A stretch of DNA of 38,984 bases from the IMG/VR virus record IMGVR_UViG_3300041097_000036, positions 1 to 38,984 of that record. One strand, given 5' to 3'. This DNA is from a virus. Taxonomy: Duplodnaviria; Caudoviricetes. A program made the position numbers and the translations under genes. The notes beneath the pieces were generated by a model. That model made no database searches, was not told the DNA's origin, and saw nothing but the letters and a program-made list of their open reading frames with translations. Of the stretch, positions 8,730 through 15,874 are shown piece after piece (within the stretch, counting starts at the first letter, position 1; the number at the start of each line of letters is the position of its first letter).

Positions 8730-10001
8730 TCAGACCTTCCCCATGGACGCAAAGCGATCGATGACGAGCTTGGTCTCGCGATCGATGACGTCGACCACCC
8801 GGGCGATGACCGGTCGATCCTTGCCTTCGGCAGCAAACCGTCGTTGCACATCGCGCGCGGCTTGAGGCAGAGCTCGCGCAAGATCGAGCAGCCGGCGGCG
8901 GACCTGCGGAAAGGCGAGTCCCGCCTCCTTGGCGAAGCGCTCCCAGTGGCGGGGGTAGATCGCGCCTGTTTCGTCTTTGCCGCCGATCCTCATGGCGAGC
9001 CGCGGTGAGAGACCGGGGTACACGTCCGTCGAGACCACATCGTAAAGGGGAGCGAGCTGAAGACCTTCGTCGGTGAACAGCAAGGAGAAGTTCTTGCCGT
9101 GCGCGTCACGATTGCCGATCAACAGGTTGAACAGCACGGCGTCGAGGAGACGGGCCAGGTCCACGACGGGACGCACGGCGGCGTTCCGCACGAGCTCGAA
9201 GCATTGGCGTAAGCTTGGGCCGCCTTCGGACTGGTACTTCAGCTCAGGCACGATGCCGAGAGCCTGGCAGAAATCCTCCTGGTGCAGCCGGCGGACGGCG
9301 CCGTCTCTTCCCCGAGCCCGGTCATAGCGGGCGACGAGCAGAAAGGGACGATCGCCGACCGCGCGAATCTCCGCCGCGGCGACGTCGAGCCCGATGGCCT
9401 TGGCGAGCGCGAGGCAGAACCCCTCGTTGAAGACCGTATCCTCGAAGCGCCGGATCGGAGGCTTTAGAATGTGGGTGCTCGGCGCGCCATGGAGCGGCAA
9501 GGCGATCCGTCCGTCGACGACGAGAACGGGCAGCTTGTCCTGCGCGCCGGCGAGGCTGAGGCGCACGCCTTCCTCACCGGCGAGCAGAGGCCGATCGGGA
9601 AGCACATCGAGAATGCGCCTTAATTCGCCGTCATCGAGAAGCCTGTAGTCGGCCTCCTTGGAAACAGGCGGCGGCGTCTCACCGGCATGAAGAAGCGTGA
9701 TGGCGCCGGCGCATTCGCCGCCGATCCGGTCGAGCAACGCGAAGTCGTTGCGATCCGAGACGCCGAGCGCGCGCGCCACGAGCTCACGCTTCTCGGCCTC
9801 CGGCAGGAGGCCCGCGAAGAAAGGGCGCGTTTCCCGGTGATTGAAGGGCTCTGATCTGAGCGGGAGAGACCACGAGATGGGAACGCTTGCCGGGTCGGCC
9901 AGCCAGGCCTCGTGATAGGTGAAGCGAAGCTGACCGGAATCGTCCTGCACCAGCGTGCCCACGAGCCGCTGCTCGAAATAGACCTCAAGCTCTCGGGCCA
10001 T
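8730..10001 (-). CDS. hipA: HipA family Ser/Thr kinase toxin
   Basis: N-terminal couple domain (PISWSLP, FFAGLLPE), SLAGAQDK, HILKP, LHQEDFCQALG, GNRDAHGKNFS, LAPLYD. Confidence 0.96.
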   Translation of the reverse strand: MARELEVYFEQRLVGTLVQDDSGQLRFTYHEAWLADPASVPISWSLPLRSEPFNHRETRPFFAGLLPEAEKRELVARALGVSDRNDFALLDRIGGECAGAITLLHAGETPPPVSKEADYRLLDDGELRRILDVLPDRPLLAGEEGVRLSLAGAQDKLPVLVVDGRIALPLHGAPSTHILKPPIRRFEDTVFNEGFCLALAKAIGLDVAAAEIRAVGDRPFLLVARYDRARGRDGAVRRLHQEDFCQALGIVPELKYQSEGGPSLRQCFELVRNAAVRPVVDLARLLDAVLFNLLIGNRDAHGKNFSLLFTDEGLQLAPLYDVVSTDVYPGLSPRLAMRIGGKDETGAIYPRHWERFAKEAGLAFPQVRRRLLDLARALPQAARDVQRRFAAEGKDRPVIARVVDVIDRETKLVIDRFASMGKV

Positions 10002-10260
10002 TTGCGCGGTCCTTGTCCTTCAGTGTGGGTGGCATCGTCAGTTCGAGGGAGCACCCGAGCGTTCGGAGCACCTGGAGCACCTTGCCGATCTGAGCGGTAG
10101 GCTTGCCCTGCTCCAGCTCGATGATGAAACGGCGGTTCGTGCCGGAGGTGAGGGCGAGCTGGTCCTGCGTAACGCCGAGCGCGCGGCGCGCCTCGCGCAC
10201 GAGGTTGCCCAAGCTTTTGCTGTCCGTGATCTTCATCGTCATGTTCCCGATCGGGAACAT
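9985..10260 (-). CDS. hipB: HipB-like Xre HTH antitoxin (start could be 10260, 10242 or 10236)
   Basis: LGNLVREARRALGVTQDQLALTSGTNRRFIIELEQGKPT; overlaps the hipA start. Confidence 0.9.
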   Translation of the reverse strand: MFPIGNMTMKITDSKSLGNLVREARRALGVTQDQLALTSGTNRRFIIELEQGKPTAQIGKVLQVLRTLGCSLELTMPPTLKDKDRANGPRA

Positions 10261-10360
10261 CTGGATCAGATTGACCCTCGTCCTTGCCGAATGTTCCCGC
10301 TCGGCCACATTACCCCATGGCTGCCGCGTCATCAAGCAGAATGTTACCGTTCGGGAACAT
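10241..10360. promoter_or_regulatory. Three 20-bp palindromic HipB operators and a putative sigma70 promoter
   Basis: ATGTTCCCGATCGGGAACAT (10241), ATGTTCCCGCTCGGCCACAT (10291), ATGTTACCGTTCGGGAACAT (10341), 50-bp period; minus-strand TTGATG-17 bp-TAATGT at 10335-10307. Confidence 0.8.
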
Positions 10361-10410
10361 CCAATTCGACACCCGAATGCACCCAAATCGACCTAACCCT
10401 TTGAAATCAC

Positions 10411-10601
10411 GGGTCCTCCCTGGCCGAGATCGTATGCTGGCGGCAATGGCCCGAAAGCTCGCTACCGACAGCCCGAAAATCTGAGTTACCACCAGGCGGT
10501 GGTTACCACCCGCCCATTGGCAAATCTGTTGCCCGATCAAATGCTTGCCGCCCCGAAACGGGTGGCGGCCTCAGTGGTAACTGGTAACCGCGGTTACCAC
10601 C
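10411..10601 (+). other. Lambda-like cos packaging site (cosQ, cosN, cosB-like repeats)
   Basis: GGGTCCT (lambda cosQ sequence) at 10411-10417; TATGC-TGGCGGCAATGG-CCCG resembles lambda cosN; GTTACCAC(C) repeats at 10485, 10502, 10574 (reverse), 10593; phage encodes a gpA-type terminase. Confidence 0.7.
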
Positions 10602-10639
10602 CCGTCCTTCCGGATTCCGAGGTCCCTATCGCCACGGCT

Positions 10640-10820
10640 GCCCGACGCGGTCGGGTGATGACCGGGCTCGTTCTGCGGACCTTGCTTTGTTCCCCGGCGG
10701 CCACCGGGGATGAGACGCGACCATGTGCGATCCGAGCTTCATCGGGTCCGGTGGTCGCATTCGTGTGACCCCCTGACTCGCGTCCGGGGCGTGGCCGCGC
10801 CGGACCCGATGGAGACCATC
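10640..10820 (+). promoter_or_regulatory. Highly structured 5' leader of the RAMP-like gene
   Basis: Hairpins at 10641-10655 and 10691-10710; 10737-10751 is complementary to 10800-10814, which covers the GGAG RBS. Confidence 0.5.
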
Positions 10821-11489
10821 ATGGCAGCAGTCAAGGAAACGACCCAGATCGAGCTCCCGCCGCTCAACCTGGAAATCATCGAAGTCACGCTGATTGGCGA
10901 CACGCCGCTGATCTCGCACGCCTGGTCGGAGAAGGCCAAGCGCGAGATGCTCGGCAAGCAGATGAAGGTCGCCAAGCCGGCCAAGGAGGCGAAGGACCCG
11001 CACGAGGACTTTCAGCAGAGCCTCTATCGGATCGAAGGCGGCGGCTATGGCTTTCCCTCGGTCGCCTTCAAGGCGGCTGCGGTCACCGCCTGCACTTCGG
11101 TTGCCGGAATCACCAAGGTGGCGGCGCGCCAGGCATTCCATGTGGTGGGCGCGCAATCGGTGGTGCGCGGCGCCTTCAACGGCGCGCTGATGCGGATGGA
11201 CCTGGTGCGCATTCTGGGATCGGAGCCGGAGATGCGCGAGGACATGGTGCGGATCGCCATGGGCACTGCCGACATCCGCTACCGCGGGCAGTTCTGGCCC
11301 TGGCATGCCACGGTGCGGGTGCGCTTCAACGCCAATGTGCTGAGCGCGGCGCAGATCGTGAACCTGTTCAACACGGCGGGGTTCGGTGTGGGCATCGGCG
11401 AGTGGCGTCCCGAGAAGGACGGCCAGTTCGGCATGTTCCATGTGGCGACCGCCGATGAGCTGCAGCGCCTCGTTGCGGAGGCCGCGTGA
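10821..11489 (+). CDS. Stand-alone Cas7/RAMP-like RNA-binding protein (Vipr-like), 222 aa
   Basis: GGAG RBS; IEVTLIGDTPL first strand, GFPSVAFKAA (cf. RAMP P.SslKG), C-terminal Gly-rich loop GFGVGIGEWRPEKDGQFGMFHV. Confidence 0.75.
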   Translation: MAAVKETTQIELPPLNLEIIEVTLIGDTPLISHAWSEKAKREMLGKQMKVAKPAKEAKDPHEDFQQSLYRIEGGGYGFPSVAFKAAAVTACTSVAGITKVAARQAFHVVGAQSVVRGAFNGALMRMDLVRILGSEPEMREDMVRIAMGTADIRYRGQFWPWHATVRVRFNANVLSAAQIVNLFNTAGFGVGIGEWRPEKDGQFGMFHVATADELQRLVAEAA

Positions 11490-11995
11490 TGGATAGGCTC
11501 GAATATGCCTGGCGCGACGGCGCGCGGTTGCAGAAGGGCGCCCGCGTCCCGGCGCAGGCGGTGGGCGAGCGGCTGGAACGGCTGCGTGCCGCCGGCGCCG
11601 GCGAACTGACGCCGGAAGCGGTTGTCGAGGATGCGCGCCATCCGGCCTCGCCGCTGCATTCGCTGTTCGAATGGGACGACACGCAGGCCGCCCATCAATA
11701 TCGCCTGGTGCAGGCGCGCGCCGTGATCCGTGCCGTCATCGTGCGCTACCGGGCCGCTGCCGGAGATGGCGCGCGCAGCGTGGTGGCGTTCGTGAACCTG
11801 AAGGACGGCGACCGCCAGTACTACACCGCCACCGCGGTCGCGCTGTCGGATCCCGCGCGGCGCGCCATTGCGTTGCGCCAGGCCTGGGAGGATTTCCAGG
11901 CGCTGCGCCGGCGCTACGCGCAACTGGCCGAGTTCGCCCAACTGTTCGCGGCGCTCGACGAGATCGAGCGGGCACTGCCACCGCTGGCGGCGTGA
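11486..11995 (+). CDS. Conserved phage hypothetical protein, partner of the RAMP-like gene
   Basis: GTGA overlap with the RAMP-like gene; LTPEAVVEDARHPASPLHSLFEWDD..AAHQYRLVQAR motif; stop 9 nt before the array. Confidence 0.85.
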   Translation: MMDRLEYAWRDGARLQKGARVPAQAVGERLERLRAAGAGELTPEAVVEDARHPASPLHSLFEWDDTQAAHQYRLVQARAVIRAVIVRYRAAAGDGARSVVAFVNLKDGDRQYYTATAVALSDPARRAIALRQAWEDFQALRRRYAQLAEFAQLFAALDEIERALPPLAA

Positions 11996-12004
11996 CTTCT
12001 CAAT

Positions 12005-12235
12005 GGCGTGGCTAGGCTAGGTCTGGCGCCGTCGGCGGGGCGCGGCAAGGCCTGGTCGGGCATGGCTGGCGGTGTTTGGCACGATCGGGCTGGTCCAGGC
12101 GTGGTGAGGCTTGGCACGGCAGGCGCCGCATGGCTGGTTCTGGTCCGGAAGGGCCGGGCAAGCCTGGGCGGGGCAAGTCGTGGCCGGCATGGCGTGTCGA
12201 GGTTGGCGGGGCTGCGCACGGCAAGGCGGCTTGCC
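12005..12235 (+). ncRNA. GGY-NN pentamer array, putative guide RNA precursor
   Basis: 46 consecutive units; 35 start with GGC/GGT and the other 11 differ by one base; NN variable; ends in hairpin GGCAAG-GCGG-CTTGCC (12220-12235). Confidence 0.75.
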
Positions 12236-12255
12236 ACGGACTGATCCAAACAACC

Positions 12256-13668
12256 ATGCGCGATCTTCGCTTTCAGGCCTCGGCCATCGAGCAGTGGCCG
12301 ATCGGGAAGCTCGTTCCCTATGCGGCCAATGCCCGGACCCACGACGAGCGCCAGATCGGCCTCCTGGCGGGAAGCCTGGTCGAATATGGCTGGCTCGTTC
12401 CCTGCTTGATTGACGACGGGGGCACGCTGATCGCGGGGCATGGCCGCGTGCTGGCGGCGCAGCGTCTCGGCCTCAAGAGCGTGCCGGTGATCCGGATCTC
12501 GCATCTGACGCCGGCCCAGCGCCGCGCCTATCGTCTTGCCGACAACAAGCTCACCGAACTCGGCGGCTGGAACGAGGACCTGCTCGCGGCGGAACTGCAT
12601 GCGCTGAACGGCGAGGGCTTCGATCTCGACGGCCTCGGCTTCGACGAGGCCGAGCTCGATCGGCTGATGGCGCCGCTCGACGACACGGATGCGATGTCGC
12701 CGGACGGCGAGACCAAAGAAGGCAGCGACGCGGACGATGCGCCCGAGCCGCCGCGCGAGCCCGTAAGCCGGCCGGGCGATCTCTGGCGGCTCGGCGATCA
12801 TCGGCTGCTCTGCGGCGACAGCACGGACGCGGGGTCTGTTGCCCGGATCATGGATGGCGAGCGCGCATCGCTGCTGTTCACGAGCCCGCCCTACGGCAAC
12901 CAGCGGAACTACACCACCGGCGGCATCGGCGACTGGAACGCCCTGATGCGCGGCGTCTTCGGCCACCTTGCCGAGGTGGTGGCCGAGGATGGCCAGGTGC
13001 TCGTCAATCTCGGCCTCGTCCACCGCGACAACGAGTGGCAGCCCTATTGGGAGGCCTGGCTCGACTGGATGCGGGCGCAGGGCTGGCGCCGCTTCGGGCT
13101 CTACGTCTGGGACCAGGGGCCCGGGCTCCCCGGCGACTGGAACGGCCGGCTCGCGCCCGCCTTCGAGTTCGTGTTCCACTTCAATCGCAAGCCGCGCAAG
13201 CCGAACAAGATCGTGCCCTGCAAGTGGGCCGGCCACATCAACGACAGCCACGGCGGCATGCGGGGCAAGGACGGGACGGTGGGCGAATGGACGCATGCCG
13301 GCCAGGGCGTCCAGGAGACGCGCATCCCCGACAACGTGCTGCGCATCACCCGCCACAAGGCGCGTGGGCTGGAGACCGAGCACCCGGCGGTGTTTCCGGT
13401 GGCGCTGCCCGAGTTCGTGATGCGCGCCTATAGCGACGAAGGCGATGTCGTCTACGAGCCGTTCGCGGGTTCGGGCACCAGCATCATCGCCGGCGAGCGG
13501 ACCGGCCGGCAGGTGCGAGCGATCGAGCTTGCACCGGAGTACATCGACGTCGCGCTTCTGCGGTGGCGGCAGCTCTTCCCCGATCAGCCAGTGATCCTCG
13601 ACGGCGGGACCGAAGACTTCGAAGCGGTCGCAAGGCAGCGCGGCGTTGGGCTTGCGCCGATCTCTTGA
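12256..13668 (+). CDS. ParB-N domain + N4/N6 DNA methyltransferase
   Basis: PYAANARTH, IAGHGRV, YRLADNK; HRLLCGDS, TSPPY, HPAVFP, EPFAGSGT. Confidence 0.92.
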   Translation: MRDLRFQASAIEQWPIGKLVPYAANARTHDERQIGLLAGSLVEYGWLVPCLIDDGGTLIAGHGRVLAAQRLGLKSVPVIRISHLTPAQRRAYRLADNKLTELGGWNEDLLAAELHALNGEGFDLDGLGFDEAELDRLMAPLDDTDAMSPDGETKEGSDADDAPEPPREPVSRPGDLWRLGDHRLLCGDSTDAGSVARIMDGERASLLFTSPPYGNQRNYTTGGIGDWNALMRGVFGHLAEVVAEDGQVLVNLGLVHRDNEWQPYWEAWLDWMRAQGWRRFGLYVWDQGPGLPGDWNGRLAPAFEFVFHFNRKPRKPNKIVPCKWAGHINDSHGGMRGKDGTVGEWTHAGQGVQETRIPDNVLRITRHKARGLETEHPAVFPVALPEFVMRAYSDEGDVVYEPFAGSGTSIIAGERTGRQVRAIELAPEYIDVALLRWRQLFPDQPVILDGGTEDFEAVARQRGVGLAPIS

Positions 13669-13670
13669 GG

Positions 13671-13761
13671 GGCAGGCAATCCGGAGCGGCGCCGGCGCGG
13701 CCGGCATGGCGCGTCGAGGCTTGGCGGGGTTTGGCAAGGCATCGCCCGGCTGTCCTGGTCG
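13671..13761 (+). repeat. Second, shorter GGY-NN array
   Basis: GGCC GGCAT GGCGC GTCGA GGCTT GGCGG GGTTT GGCAA GGCAT CGCCC GGCTG (13699-13752); homologous to 12182-12229; intergenic. Confidence 0.7.
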
Positions 13762-13779
13762 TCCGCCTGTGAGCCCATC

Positions 13780-15060
13780 ATGAAAGACCTTCGCTTCCGG
13801 TCCTCGGCGATCGAGCTTTGGCCAGTCGACCGGCTCATCCCCTATGCGGGCAACGCGCGTGTGCACGGCGAGGATCAGGTGGCAAGGCTTGCCGAAAGCC
13901 TCGTGCGCTTCGGCTGGACCGCACCCTGCCTCGTCGATGAACGCGGTGTGCTGGTCGCCGGTCACGGCCGGCTGCTTGCGGCCCGGAAGATCGGGCTCAG
14001 GGAAGTGCCGGTCATCCGCCTCGACCACTTGAGCGACGCGGAGGCGCGTGCCTACCGCATCGCCGACAACAAGCTGACCGAGCTTGCCGGCTGGGATGAC
14101 GCGATGCTCGCAGCTGAGCTAGGGCGGCTCAAGGAGGACGGGATCGACCTCGATCTCCTCGGCTTTGGCGAGGACGAGCTCGACCGCCTGCTCGATGACC
14201 TGAACGGGACCGATGGCGCGACGGAGGGCGAGGACGCCGTCCCGGAGCCGCCTGTGGAACTCGTCTCGCGCCCGGGCGACCTCTGGCTGCTTGGCGCGCA
14301 CCGCCTGCTCTGCGGCGACGCCACCAGTACGAGCGACGTCGAGCGGCTGCTCGCGGGCGCGGTTCCGCACCTGATGGTGACGGACCCGCCCTATGGGGTC
14401 GAGTACGATCCCTTTTGGCGCAACGAGGCCGGCGTATCGGCGACCGCGCGGACCGGCCGCGTTTCGAACGATGACCGTGCCGACTGGCGCGAGGCCTGGG
14501 CGCTGTTTCCGGGCGACGTCGCCTATGTCTGGCATGCGGGCGTCCATGCGCGCACCGTCGCCGAGAGTCTGGAGGCGAGCGGGCTGATGATCCGTTCGCA
14601 GATCGTCTGGGCGAAGCCGCGCTTCGTGCTCGGCCGTGGCGACTACCATTGGCAGCACGAGCCGTGCTTCTACGCGGTCCGCAAGGGCGCGAGCGGGCAC
14701 TGGCAGGGCGCGCGCGACCAGTCGACGCTGTGGACGATCCCCTGGTCAAGCCAGGGGACCAGCGGCGGCGATGAGGACGAAGCGACGACACACGGCACGC
14801 AGAAGCCGGTCGAGTGCATGCGCCGGCCGATCGTCAACAACAGCCGGCGCGGCGATCGCGTCTACGAGCCCTTCGCCGGCAGCGGCACGACCATCGTTGC
14901 CGCGGAGAGCACGGGGCGCGCCTGCCTCGCGCTGGAGATCGACCCGCGCTACTGCGACGTCATCGTCGAGCGGTGGCAGGCGTTCACGGGATCGCCCGCG
15001 ATCCTCGAGGGTGATGAGCGGACCTTTGCGGACCTGAAGGACGAGCGGGCGGCGGCGTGA
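13780..15060 (+). CDS. ParB-N domain + N6-adenine DNA methyltransferase
   Basis: VAGHGRL, YRIADNK, TDPPY, HGTQKPV, EPFAGSGT. Confidence 0.93.
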   Translation: MKDLRFRSSAIELWPVDRLIPYAGNARVHGEDQVARLAESLVRFGWTAPCLVDERGVLVAGHGRLLAARKIGLREVPVIRLDHLSDAEARAYRIADNKLTELAGWDDAMLAAELGRLKEDGIDLDLLGFGEDELDRLLDDLNGTDGATEGEDAVPEPPVELVSRPGDLWLLGAHRLLCGDATSTSDVERLLAGAVPHLMVTDPPYGVEYDPFWRNEAGVSATARTGRVSNDDRADWREAWALFPGDVAYVWHAGVHARTVAESLEASGLMIRSQIVWAKPRFVLGRGDYHWQHEPCFYAVRKGASGHWQGARDQSTLWTIPWSSQGTSGGDEDEATTHGTQKPVECMRRPIVNNSRRGDRVYEPFAGSGTTIVAAESTGRACLALEIDPRYCDVIVERWQAFTGSPAILEGDERTFADLKDERAAA

Positions 15061-15272
15061 AGCAATCGCGCACCATGTCGCTGGTCGAGGCGATCGCCAA
15101 CGTGGCCGTCGGTTTCGGCGTGGCGGTGCTGGCGCAGATCGTGGTGTTCCCGATCTTTGGGCTTCACATGCCGTTCACGGACAACCTTCTCATCGGCGCG
15201 ATCTTCACGGGCCTGTCGATCGGGCGCTCCTACGCGCTGCGCCGGCTGTTCGAGGCCCTGCGGCGGGCATGA
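15057..15272 (+). CDS. Small membrane protein typical of phage MTase clusters
   Basis: KQSRTMSLVEAIANV, two hydrophobic segments, RSYALRRLFE. Confidence 0.8.
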   Translation: MKQSRTMSLVEAIANVAVGFGVAVLAQIVVFPIFGLHMPFTDNLLIGAIFTGLSIGRSYALRRLFEALRRA

Positions 15273-15412
15273 CCGGGGCGCGGCCGCGCCCCGTCCCCCC
15301 GGATCATCAAATGATCCGGCCGGGCCGGAAAAAGTAATCAGATTAACCGCTTATCCGCTTGGCTCCGGGCCGAAGCAGCGCCTCTATGGCGGCACAGACG
15401 ATGGAGACCGCC

Positions 15413-15775
15413 ATGAACGCCATCCTGCAGACCGCCAACCCCGATTGGGGCTTCTTCGGGACCATCCGCCACCACGCCGACCCCGCCGAGGCCTGGACGA
15501 TCGCAATGCCGGCGATCGCCGCCGCGACCGGCTGCCCCGATGCCGCCGTGCGCGACTTCCTCGACAGCCGGCACGGCCGCCACTTCGCCGACGACGTCGC
15601 TGGCGGGCTCTTCAGGGGCCTCGATCTGAGAGCCGCCGTCGAGGCCGCGGTGGACCGCTGGATGGGCTGGACCATCGGCCGCCGCACCGAGCGCGAATAC
15701 GGCATCCCGCTCGGGCTGCCGTACCTGACCGGCTTCGTCACCCACTGCGAGATCGAGGCCGACGCCTTCGCCTGA
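15413..15775 (+). CDS. Hypothetical phage protein
   Basis: GGAG RBS; WGFFGT, FLDSRHGRHFADDV, YGIPLGLPYL. Confidence 0.8.
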   Translation: MNAILQTANPDWGFFGTIRHHADPAEAWTIAMPAIAAATGCPDAAVRDFLDSRHGRHFADDVAGGLFRGLDLRAAVEAAVDRWMGWTIGRRTEREYGIPLGLPYLTGFVTHCEIEADAFA

Positions 15776-15874
15776 TCGAGCCGCCTCGCCCATGGCCCCG
15801 CGCCGCATCGCGGCCGGGGCTCGGGGTGGTAGAAGCGCCGCGATGGTCGCGGCGCCCTGCCCAAGGAGGCACCG

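Noticed and set aside
10241-10360. 20-bp repeats with 30-bp spacers as a mini-CRISPR array
   Set aside because: Only three degenerate palindromes overlapping the hipB promoter and start; operator explanation is simpler
10501-10598. Block 2 NN concatenation begins GGTTACC, same as the cos repeats
   Set aside because: Only 7 nt, does not extend, and fails under gapped reading; treated as coincidence
12008-12257. ORFs over the array (12008-12244, 12012-12257, 12017-12253) and the N-terminal extension of 12076-13668
   Set aside because: Low-complexity G/R/A/W translations of a 5-nt repeat; the real MTase start is ATG 12256, matching the paralog at 13780
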